From contig JBBDRK010000004.1 in the NCBI GenBank assembly GCA_040905465.1, positions 3,970-47,919 on the forward strand: DNA of 43,950 nt, in the 5' to 3' direction. Both the position numbers and the translations under genes were made by a program. The stretch's first letter is position 1, and each line of letters starts with the position of its first letter. Below are positions 10,798 through 19,132 of the stretch, in pieces. Source of the stretch: Trueperaceae bacterium. Its GTDB lineage: Bacteria > Deinococcota > Deinococci > Deinococcales > Trueperaceae. Under the pieces are notes generated by a model. It made no database searches. It was not told the DNA's origin and saw only the letters and a program-made list of their open reading frames with translations.

Positions 10798-12468
10798 ATG
10801 AACAAGCTTCAGCGCGACCGCGAGTTGCAGATGCCGCAGGGGGAGGTGCTGCCACTGGCGCTCTCTCACTATCCGTCGCGGCGGGAGGACTTCGACATAC
10901 GCGGCGACGGCCTGGCGCGTCTGCGAATCAGGGCTGAAGCGGGAGCGATACGTTCAGCCGAGATCGTCTGCCTCGGCGGCGACTGGCCGGAACCGCGCGA
11001 TCTGACGTTGCGCTACCGTGACCGGAACGAGGAGCTGTGGGAGAGCGAGGCGCTGACCTTGTTTGAATGCCGCGAGTACTACTTCCGGCTCCAGACGGTG
11101 ACCGGGCAGGCGCTCTTCGGCTCGGCCGGGCTGCAAGGCAGCGTTCCTTGCGAAACGCGGTTTCGGGCGCCCGCACCCTACCGGGGCACGCCGCCGCAAT
11201 GGAGCAGGGGCGCAGCGTTCTATCAGATCTTCCCGGATCGCTTCTGCAATCTCGAGACCTCCTCCGAGGGCAAGGGCTCCGGCGCGGGCATCGAATCCTG
11301 GGACAGCCCCCCGAGCGGAACCGGCTTCAAGGGCGGCTCACTGGCGGGCATCACGGCCAAGCTCGACTACGTCGAAAGCCTCGGCATCGAGGCGATCTGG
11401 TTGAATCCGATCTTCAGCAGCCCCTCGAATCATCGCTACGACGCCACCGACTTCTATGCCATCGATCCACGGCTGGGTAATGACGAAGATCTGGGCACGC
11501 TCACCGAAAGAGCCCACGAGCGTGGAATCCGGGTGGTCCTCGACGGCGTGTTCAACCATGTCTCCGACGAACACCCGTTCTTCCAAGACGTCGTGTGCCG
11601 CGGAATGAAATCACCCTACTGGGAGTGGTTCCGAATAAAGCGCTGGCCGATAGCCGAGCGCACGGAAGAGTACTACGGGACGTGGTGGGGCCACGGCCAC
11701 CTTCCCCAGCTCAACCTGGAGAACCCCCAGGTGCAGCAGTACTTCCTGGACGTAGGCGAGCACTGGATACGGAAGCACGACATAGACGGGTGGCGACTCG
11801 ACGTGGCCGCGGAGGTGCCTCTGGCCTTCTGGAGGAGCTTTCGCGAGGCGATTCGCGGCGTCAAACCGGATGCCTACCTGTTGGCCGAGGTGTGGGGCGA
11901 CGGGCGTCTCTTTCTTCAGGGCGACACCTTCGACGCCACCATGAACTACCCGTTCAGGCGAGCTGTCCTTGAGTTTCTCGGCGGACGCATCGATGCCGAA
12001 GCGTGCGCCGGCCATCTGAACAGGCTGTACTACCGCTATCCACGGGAGACCGCCGAAGCGCAGTACAACCTGCTCGGGAGCCACGACGTCAGCCGGCTGC
12101 GGCATGACCTGGGGGGCGACACGGGCCTCGTGGAGGTCGCCTGGGCTATTCAGTGCGCCTATCCGGGCGCGACCGCACTCTATTACGGCGATGAGCTCGG
12201 GCTCGACGGTCGCGGCGATCCCGGTTGCCGGGAGGCGTTTCCCTGGAATCGCGTCGGGTCTCCGGGCACATCAGCGGCGGACTCATCATTGACAGAGACA
12301 ATGAGCGGCCTGCTCAGTCGGCGCAAGCGCGAGCCCGCCCTGAAGTTCGGCCTCCTGCACTGTGCCGCCGACGGCGAGCACCGGCTCCGCATAGTACGGA
12401 CCCTGGCAGAAGAGTCGATCGCCTTGAGTGCCGACCGGCGCTCACGCTCGTACACCTGGGAGCGTTGA
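10798..12468 (+). CDS. GH13 glycoside hydrolase (neopullulanase/cyclomaltodextrinase-like)
   Basis: FYQIFPDRF, DGVFNH, DGWRLDVA, AEVW and LGSHD conserved GH13 regions. Confidence 0.92.
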   Translation: MNKLQRDRELQMPQGEVLPLALSHYPSRREDFDIRGDGLARLRIRAEAGAIRSAEIVCLGGDWPEPRDLTLRYRDRNEELWESEALTLFECREYYFRLQTVTGQALFGSAGLQGSVPCETRFRAPAPYRGTPPQWSRGAAFYQIFPDRFCNLETSSEGKGSGAGIESWDSPPSGTGFKGGSLAGITAKLDYVESLGIEAIWLNPIFSSPSNHRYDATDFYAIDPRLGNDEDLGTLTERAHERGIRVVLDGVFNHVSDEHPFFQDVVCRGMKSPYWEWFRIKRWPIAERTEEYYGTWWGHGHLPQLNLENPQVQQYFLDVGEHWIRKHDIDGWRLDVAAEVPLAFWRSFREAIRGVKPDAYLLAEVWGDGRLFLQGDTFDATMNYPFRRAVLEFLGGRIDAEACAGHLNRLYYRYPRETAEAQYNLLGSHDVSRLRHDLGGDTGLVEVAWAIQCAYPGATALYYGDELGLDGRGDPGCREAFPWNRVGSPGTSAADSSLTETMSGLLSRRKREPALKFGLLHCAADGEHRLRIVRTLAEESIALSADRRSRSYTWER

Positions 12469-12537
12469 AGGCGCCTCGGCACGGTCGACCCGGTTCGGTA
12501 CCGTCGGCATTCGGGTTCGGCAGGTGGCCAGAGCCTG

Positions 12538-13593
12538 TTAGACGACCGGCAGGCTCATCATCGCCTGCACGCTCACCCGGCCGGCCAGGATCCTGGCGGC
12601 CTTGCGCAACTCCACCGCACTCGGGCTGTCGGGGTCGGAAACCACCAGCGGCGTGCCGGCGTCGCCGGACTCGCGCAGCGCCCGCGTGATCGGAATCTGC
12701 CCCAGCATCGCCAGCTTCTCCTTCTCGGCGAACGCCAGTGCGCCGCCCTCGCCGAAGATCGGGTCGCGTGTTCCGTCCGGGAGCTGGTAGTAGCTCATGT
12801 TCTCGATCACGCCGAGGATCGGCACGTGGGTCTTGCGCATCATCGTGTAGGCGCGGCGTACGTCCATCAGAGCAACGTCCTGGGGGGTCGTAACCAGCAC
12901 TGCGCCCGCCACCGTCACCAACTGGGTCAGCGACAGCTGCACGTCACCGGTACCGGGCGGAAGGTCCACCACCAGATAGTCGAGCTCACCCCACACCGTC
13001 TGCTTGAGCATCTGCGTAAGAGTCCCGTGCAGGATGGGGCCGCGCCAGGTCAACGCCTGGCCGTCCTCCACCAGATTGGCGATGGAGATCAGCTTGACGC
13101 CGTGGTTGCGCAGGGGAAGGATGTTCTTGTCGTCGTCCGCCATGAGGCGTTTGCCTTCGACGCCGAACATCCGCGCCTGGCTGGGCCCGTAGATGTCGGC
13201 GTCGAGCAGGCCCACCGAGGCGCCCTCGAGCGCCAGGCCGGCGGCCAGGTTCGCCGCCACTGTCGATTTGCCCACTCCACCCTTGCCCGAGCCGACCGCG
13301 ATTATGTTTCGTACCCCCGGCAAGGCCTCCTGCTGCGTTCCCTTCACTTGCGAACCGAAGCTCAACTCGACGACGTCGATGCCGTCGAGCGGTTCGACCG
13401 CCTGGCGGATGTCCGCCTCGATCTTGGCCTTCATCGGGCAGGCCGGAGTGGTGAGGTTGATCTTGATACTGATCCGCTGACCGTCCACGGCGACGTTGTC
13501 GACCATGCCAAGAGTTACCAGATCCTGATGAAGCTCCGGGTCCTGAACGGTCTTCAGGGCTTCGAGAACACGCGTTTCCAGCGGGGTTGTCAT
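12538..13593 (-). CDS. mrp: Mrp/ApbC Fe-S cluster carrier ATPase
   Basis: N-terminal DUF59 (DPEL..LTTPACP); GKGGVGKS, DADIYGPS, DLPPGTGD, ENMS. Confidence 0.93.
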   Translation of the reverse strand: MTTPLETRVLEALKTVQDPELHQDLVTLGMVDNVAVDGQRISIKINLTTPACPMKAKIEADIRQAVEPLDGIDVVELSFGSQVKGTQQEALPGVRNIIAVGSGKGGVGKSTVAANLAAGLALEGASVGLLDADIYGPSQARMFGVEGKRLMADDDKNILPLRNHGVKLISIANLVEDGQALTWRGPILHGTLTQMLKQTVWGELDYLVVDLPPGTGDVQLSLTQLVTVAGAVLVTTPQDVALMDVRRAYTMMRKTHVPILGVIENMSYYQLPDGTRDPIFGEGGALAFAEKEKLAMLGQIPITRALRESGDAGTPLVVSDPDSPSAVELRKAARILAGRVSVQAMMSLPVV

Positions 13594-13773
13594 TGCTTGC
13601 AGACTATCAGGGGGTGTGTCGCGTCGACAACAGATGGCATTACCGCGAGGCAGTCGTCGGCAGGTTGCCGGGCATCCGGCCGGAGAACCGATCGGCTATA
13701 CTCGCAAACGTGATCCCGCGACCGCACCGGCGAGTTCCTTCCCGCCGGCTACCGGCCTCTCGGGAGGGCGGCG

Positions 13774-14928
13774 ATGACCGGTCCTGACAGGTTCAAGAAC
13801 GTGGAGCCGTTCGAGGAGCGAACGGACGCCGACTCGTATCGGGGAATCGATCCCGTTACCGGTCTGCCGGTCCTCATCTACCGGTTCGAGGGAGAGCCGC
13901 GCGACACGGCTTCGTCGCTGGCCTCGGAAAACACACCGACGATCCTGTTCAGCGACTCCCAGAACGGGCAAGGCCGCTTGGTCGCGGCCCTCGCGCCCGG
14001 CTGGCGCCGCCGGCAGGCAGCGGACGGACCACTGACGGCAAACGAGCTCCTCGGCGCTGCCCGTGCCTTGCGCGACGCCGCGGACGCCCACCTGACGCAC
14101 GGCGACATCCGTCCCGAGCGCCTGCTCGTTGTCGATGGCCGTGTGCTGTTGGAAGGCTTCGGCGTGCCCTGGCAGCCGCGGCCGGGGCCGTTCACGGCGC
14201 CGGAGGTGACCAACGATGCGACGGCCGCCGGTGACGTCTGGTCGCTGGCCGCTACCCTGGCGAGCGTCGGAACGGCGTTCCACGACCAGACCCTGAGCGC
14301 CGTACTGGAGCTCTGTACCGCTGCCGAGCCCGACGACCGGCCCACCGCGGAGGAGTTCTATCTGGCGCTCGAGCGCCTGCTGGCTGATGCTCCTGGCAAT
14401 GGCGCCCCGCGCGGCGAGCGCAGGCCGGCGAAGACGGCACTCCAGAGCACCGGCGCCGGGGCCGCGCTGCCCGCAAGCGTGCTGCCGGCGAAAGTGCCGC
14501 CGGCGACCCTGGCGCAGGCAGACCTCGCTACCACGGATCGACCGGCCCAGAACGACGGCGGCGACTCGGGCCGGCGTCTCGCGTTGCTCGGCGTGCTGAT
14601 GGCAGCCGTTGTCATGCTCGCGCTGCTTGCCGTTTACGGACCGCGGGGCGGCGGGGCACCGGCGACCGACAGGGAGGCGGTCGTTTACGTGGTGGAGGTG
14701 TTCGTTGCCCCTGACGACCTACCTCCGGTCGCCATCCATCTCATCTCCAGTCCGCCCGGCTCCAGCCTCGAGCGCGGCGACCGGCTCGGCACCGCCCCGC
14801 GCCATCTGGCCCTGGATCGCCCCGGCACCTGGGTCTTCCAGGGAAGACTTCAGGACCGCCGCTCCGAACCGGTCGAGATTACGGTGCCGATTGAGCGCTC
14901 CCTCACCCTCACCATCCCCGGCCAATGA
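13774..14928 (+). CDS. Membrane-anchored degenerate Ser/Thr kinase-like protein with C-terminal PEGA-like domain
   Basis: HGDIRPE, GFG in place of DFG, APE, DVWSL and RPT motifs; Ala/Pro-rich linker; one TM helix; beta-rich C-terminus (SSPPGS..LGTAP). Confidence 0.65.
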   Translation: MTGPDRFKNVEPFEERTDADSYRGIDPVTGLPVLIYRFEGEPRDTASSLASENTPTILFSDSQNGQGRLVAALAPGWRRRQAADGPLTANELLGAARALRDAADAHLTHGDIRPERLLVVDGRVLLEGFGVPWQPRPGPFTAPEVTNDATAAGDVWSLAATLASVGTAFHDQTLSAVLELCTAAEPDDRPTAEEFYLALERLLADAPGNGAPRGERRPAKTALQSTGAGAALPASVLPAKVPPATLAQADLATTDRPAQNDGGDSGRRLALLGVLMAAVVMLALLAVYGPRGGGAPATDREAVVYVVEVFVAPDDLPPVAIHLISSPPGSSLERGDRLGTAPRHLALDRPGTWVFQGRLQDRRSEPVEITVPIERSLTLTIPGQ

Positions 14929-14974
14929 ACCGGATCCCTCGCCAGGGTCGCTGCAACCCACGAAACCGGAGAGT

Positions 14975-16504
14975 ATGAATCACATAATTGTCGTCGACTA
15001 CGGCTCGCAATACACCCGCCTGATCACCCGCCGGCTGCGCTCGCTCGGTGTGTTCAGCCTGATCGTCACGCCCGACGAGTTGGCGAGCGCCCTGGCAGAC
15101 GGACCGGCCGCGGTAGTGCTGTCAGGCGGACCGGGCAGCGTATACCGGTCGGAAGCCAACGGATTGCCGCCCCGGCTGCTGGAGGGCGGACCTGCCGTGC
15201 TCGGCATCTGCTACGGCATGCAACTGCTCGCCAAGGGCTTGGGTGGCGAGGTGGAACCGAGCGACGTGCGCGAGTACGGCAAGGCGGTGTTGAGCGACTG
15301 CAGCGGGCGCCTCTTCGCCGGAGTGGAGGGCGAGTTCGTGGCCTGGATGAGTCATGGCGATTCGGTGAAGGCTCCGCCTCCCGGCTTCCGGGTCACCGCC
15401 GCCAGCATCGACACTCCGGTAGCCGCGATGGAGAGCTCCGACGGCCGCTTGTTCGGGCTGCAGTTCCACCCGGAGGTCATGCACACGCCCAAGGGCTTGG
15501 AGGTGCTCGAGCGGTTCGTGGAAATCTCGGGAGCAGATCGCGATTGGACGCCGGAGAACGTGGTGAGCACGCTGACGCAGGAGGTGCGCGAACGGGTCGG
15601 CAGCGAGCGGGTGCTCCTGGGGATCTCGGGCGGCGTCGACTCGAGCACGCTGGGTCTGCTGCTCAACCGGGCCCTGGGCGAACAGCTCTTCGCGGTCTTC
15701 GTGGATCACGGCCTGTTGCGCATGGGCGAGGCCGACGAGGTCGAACGGGCCCTGCGCGCGCTGGGCGTGAACCTTACAGTGATCGACGCATCGGACCGCT
15801 TCCTGCACGCCCTGGCTGGCGTTTCCGATCCCGAGGAGAAAAGGAAGATCATCGGAAGGGAGTTCATTGCGGTGTTCACCGCCCAGGCCAGAAGCCTCCA
15901 GGAGGCGCACGGCGAGATCCGCTTCCTGGCCCAGGGGACCCTCTATCCGGACGTAATCGAGTCGGCCGGCGGGCACGGCGCGGCAAATATCAAGTCGCAT
16001 CACAACGTGGGCGGACTGCCGGCCGACCTGGAGTTCGAACTGTTGGAGCCGTTCCGTACACTGTTCAAGGACGAGGTGCGCGAAGTAGCGGCGATGGTCG
16101 GCCTGCCGCCGGCGCTGCGAGACCGCCATCCGTTCCCCGGTCCGGGCCTGGCCATCCGTTGCCTCGGCGAGGTGACACCGGCAAGGCTCGAGGTGCTGCG
16201 GCGGGTGGACGACATCTTCATCGGCGCCCTGCGCGAATTCGGGCTCTATGACTCCACCTGGCAGGCGCTGGCCGTCCTCACGCCGCTTCGTTCGGTAGGG
16301 GTGATGGGCGACGGCCGCACCTATGCCAATACGGTAGCGTTGCGCGCCGTATCCAGCGTCGACGGCATGACTGCCGACTGGTCCAGGCTGCCGGACGACT
16401 TCCTGGCGACCGTGTCGAACCGCATAGTCAACAAGGTAAGCGAGGTCAACCGCGTGGTGTACGACATTACCTCGAAACCGCCGGGAACGATCGAATGGGA
16501 GTGA
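14975..16504 (+). CDS. guaA: GMP synthase (glutamine-hydrolysing)
   Basis: [45 protein letters not shown]; start moved to ATG 14975. Confidence 0.97.
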   Translation: MNHIIVVDYGSQYTRLITRRLRSLGVFSLIVTPDELASALADGPAAVVLSGGPGSVYRSEANGLPPRLLEGGPAVLGICYGMQLLAKGLGGEVEPSDVREYGKAVLSDCSGRLFAGVEGEFVAWMSHGDSVKAPPPGFRVTAASIDTPVAAMESSDGRLFGLQFHPEVMHTPKGLEVLERFVEISGADRDWTPENVVSTLTQEVRERVGSERVLLGISGGVDSSTLGLLLNRALGEQLFAVFVDHGLLRMGEADEVERALRALGVNLTVIDASDRFLHALAGVSDPEEKRKIIGREFIAVFTAQARSLQEAHGEIRFLAQGTLYPDVIESAGGHGAANIKSHHNVGGLPADLEFELLEPFRTLFKDEVREVAAMVGLPPALRDRHPFPGPGLAIRCLGEVTPARLEVLRRVDDIFIGALREFGLYDSTWQALAVLTPLRSVGVMGDGRTYANTVALRAVSSVDGMTADWSRLPDDFLATVSNRIVNKVSEVNRVVYDITSKPPGTIEWE

Positions 16505-16555
16505 GTGCCCGCTGGACGAACGAGCGCTCGCGCCGGAGCGGGTTATCATCCCGCA

Positions 16556-17038
16556 ATGGGTCAATGGCTGCTCAAGAGCGAACCGGGTTCCTTCTCCTTC
16601 GACGACCTGCTGGCAGCCGCCGAGCAGACTACCGCCTGGGACGGAGTCCGCAACTACCAGGCGCGAAACTTCATACGCGACGAAATGAAAGTGGGCGACC
16701 AGGTCCTGTACTACCACTCCAGCACGGCAGAGCCGGGCGTGGTGGGGATTGCGGAAATAGCCTCGAAACCGTACCCGGACCCCACGCAGTTCGATCGCCG
16801 TAGCCGCTACTTCGACCCGAAATCCTCGAGCGAGCAACCTCGCTGGTTCGTGGTCGACGTCCGGGGCGTGCGTCCTCTGAGTCGGACGGTCACCCTCCCG
16901 GAACTGAAGGCAGACCCGGCGCTCGCCGGCCTGAAGCTGGTTCAGCGCGGCAGCCGCCTCAGCGTAATGCCCGTGAGCGGAGCCGAGTTCAAACGGATTG
17001 TCGCACTGGCGGAGCGACCGGCCCGAGCGGGACGGTGA
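16556..17038 (+). CDS. EVE domain protein (PUA-like)
   Basis: WLLKSEP, WDGVRNYQARN, YYHS, RLSVMPV; start ATG 16556 lies 6 nt after TATCAT. Confidence 0.93.
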   Translation: MGQWLLKSEPGSFSFDDLLAAAEQTTAWDGVRNYQARNFIRDEMKVGDQVLYYHSSTAEPGVVGIAEIASKPYPDPTQFDRRSRYFDPKSSSEQPRWFVVDVRGVRPLSRTVTLPELKADPALAGLKLVQRGSRLSVMPVSGAEFKRIVALAERPARAGR

Positions 17039-17115
17039 CGCGAGGCTGCGGCTAAATCTCGTCTGTCGCGTCATCCTTCACGATTTTTCCGGCCCGGTGA
17101 TGCTAGCATGGGAAC

Positions 17116-18072
17116 ATGCTGAACGAACGGCGATCCCGCATACTCGACCTGGTCGCCGAGTCGTACATTAGCTCGGCGCACCCGGTTCCGTCGTCGCAGG
17201 TCGCGGAACGCCTGAACGTGAGCAGCGCGACCATCAGGAACGAGTTCTCCGAGCTGGAAGAGAGCGGCTACTTGCAGCAGCCTCACACCTCGGCCGGGCG
17301 CATCCCCACCTCTCGCGGATTCCGGGCCTATACCCGGGCGCTCCTTCCTCCCGAGGGTCCGGAACCCAGCCAACTCCGCCTGATCCAGGATCGGTTGAAC
17401 GGCAAGCACGGCGATACCCTGCTCGAAACGATAGCGTTGCTGGCAGCGGACCTGTCCGGCTACGCAGTGGTGGTGCGACTGCCGGCCGACGAGACGCTCC
17501 ACGCCATCGAGATCCATCTGTCCGCCCTCTCCGCCAGCAAACTGTTGGCGGTCGTGGTTCTCGAGAACGGCCTGGTAAGGCAGCTGGTCGTCGATCTCGA
17601 CCCCACGCCCTCGGCCGACGTGATCACCGGCGCCGAGAGCAGCCTGCGGCAGCTCACGGTTCCCGTAGGAGAGATGCCTCGTGCGTTGGCGGCCCTCGCC
17701 CAGCGGGAGGTCGCCGACCTCGCCCGCACGCTCACGGCCCTCGCCGAAGCCTGGCCGGCGATGAACCCGCCCCGGTTGTTCTCGGGCGGCCTTCGCAACC
17801 TCCTGTCCGAGCCGGAGTCGCGCGATCCCGAGTTCCTGCGGCTGGTGGTCGAGCAGGTGGAAACCCCCGGCGAAGACTCCATCGACGGCGGGCTGGAGCT
17901 CTCGCTCGACGACTCGACGGCACGGATCAGGGCTCGGCTCGAGCTCGGACGCGGCTACGCCGGCCTTACCGTCGTCGGACCCGCACGAATGCGCTACCGC
18001 GAGGCGTTGCGCGTGGCGTGTGGCATCGCCGACACGCTCGCGCCCGGTAGCGCCGGAGTCTCCACCAACTGA
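17116..18072 (+). CDS. hrcA: Heat-inducible transcription repressor
   Basis: SSATIRNE, GYLQQPHTSAGRIPT, VVGPARMRY. Confidence 0.93.
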   Translation: MLNERRSRILDLVAESYISSAHPVPSSQVAERLNVSSATIRNEFSELEESGYLQQPHTSAGRIPTSRGFRAYTRALLPPEGPEPSQLRLIQDRLNGKHGDTLLETIALLAADLSGYAVVVRLPADETLHAIEIHLSALSASKLLAVVVLENGLVRQLVVDLDPTPSADVITGAESSLRQLTVPVGEMPRALAALAQREVADLARTLTALAEAWPAMNPPRLFSGGLRNLLSEPESRDPEFLRLVVEQVETPGEDSIDGGLELSLDDSTARIRARLELGRGYAGLTVVGPARMRYREALRVACGIADTLAPGSAGVSTN

Positions 18073-18226
18073 ACCGACGCGCGTCTCCGGCGCGCTTCCC
18101 AGAGGATTTTTCACACGCCCGGGTGGGCCGAAAACCTATCCTTGAGGTCTACCGTCGCGGCGCCTTGCCGACTGGTGGCGGAGACAGGACGCTTCATGGA
18201 TATGGGGACGAAAGTGTGGAGCGGCA

Positions 18227-19132
18227 TTGGGGGCACCCGTGCCGAATGAGGTCTTCCTGCGCACACGCGCGGGCCTCACCGCTCTGGTTTCGTCCCGGGC
18301 CGCGGGCCGCATCCTTGAAGGAGCGCTGAAGGGCAGCGGACACAACCCCGAAGACGTGAACCTGCCGCAGATGCGGAGCGCGCTTCTCGGGCCGGTGATG
18401 CACGAGCTCGAAGGGGTGTTGCCCCGGGCAGGGCTGCGGCGCAACCTCGAACGGCTGGCGCGAAGCCTTCGTTCGGCATCGGGCACGGTTGCCGGTCCTC
18501 AGGTGACGACCGAAGACACAGCGCCCCTGGAGCAACCCTACACGGGCACGGACGAGCCCGAATCGGACTCCGAGACGGCGGCTGGCGCCCGAGCGGAAGC
18601 GGCGCAGGGCCACGATGCAGCCGGGGAGACCGACTCTGGCCGCGCGGTAGGTGACGACGCCGAAGGTGCCGACGCCGAAGGTGACGACACGGAAGCCGGC
18701 GACAGCGAAACCGGCCGTCCGGCGGCCGAACCGGCACGAGTTCGGGCAGTCGCCGCCGACCCCGCCCCGGCGCCCGTCTCCGGCGCACCTGAACGCGGCC
18801 CACTGGCCACCGAGGATCTGGAACGACACGTCCAGAGGTTTGCCCAGATCGAACACGTGCGGTTGGTGAGCGTGATTCGCAGGGACGGTTCGGTCGCCGT
18901 AAGCCGCGGTGACGGACCCGACCCCGAGCTCCTGGCCCGCTTCAGCCGACTCGCCCTCACCCTGCTGGCGAAGGGCGGAGCCATCCGCCAGTTCCATCTG
19001 GGGCATACGGGCGGTCAGCTCTTTCTGTACCCGCTGGGACACGACCTCCTCGTGATAGTCGGAGGCGTAGAACTAAATCTGGGAACCATTACCACCGCAT
19101 TCACAGCGCTCGCGCTGGAGGAGGACCTATGA
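18227..19132 (+). CDS. Hypothetical protein: helical N-terminal domain, acidic linker, C-terminal Roadblock/LC7-like domain
   Basis: C-terminal pattern VRLVSVIRRDG...QFHLGHTGGQLFLYPLGHDLLVIVG..ELNLG fits the Roadblock fold; start TTG 18227 or GTG 18239. Confidence 0.7.
   Translation: MGAPVPNEVFLRTRAGLTALVSSRAAGRILEGALKGSGHNPEDVNLPQMRSALLGPVMHELEGVLPRAGLRRNLERLARSLRSASGTVAGPQVTTEDTAPLEQPYTGTDEPESDSETAAGARAEAAQGHDAAGETDSGRAVGDDAEGADAEGDDTEAGDSETGRPAAEPARVRAVAADPAPAPVSGAPERGPLATEDLERHVQRFAQIEHVRLVSVIRRDGSVAVSRGDGPDPELLARFSRLALTLLAKGGAIRQFHLGHTGGQLFLYPLGHDLLVIVGGVELNLGTITTAFTALALEEDL
18650..18709 (+). repeat. Degenerate 15-bp coding tandem repeat (x4)
   Basis: GGTGACGACGCCGAA/GGTGCCGACGCCGAA/GGTGACGACACGGAA/GCCGGCGACAGCGAA, encoding GDDAE-GADAE-GDDTE-AGDSE. 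Confidence 0.7.

Noticed and set aside
14609-14974. Apparent N-terminal extension or fusion of GuaA
   Set aside because: Overlaps the pseudokinase gene in another frame; GuaA homology starts at ATG 14975
15122-17074. 650-aa ORF antisense to guaA/EVE, and similar long antisense or alternate-frame ORFs throughout
   Set aside because: Same stop-codon scarcity artefact; the opposite strand carries clear conserved genes
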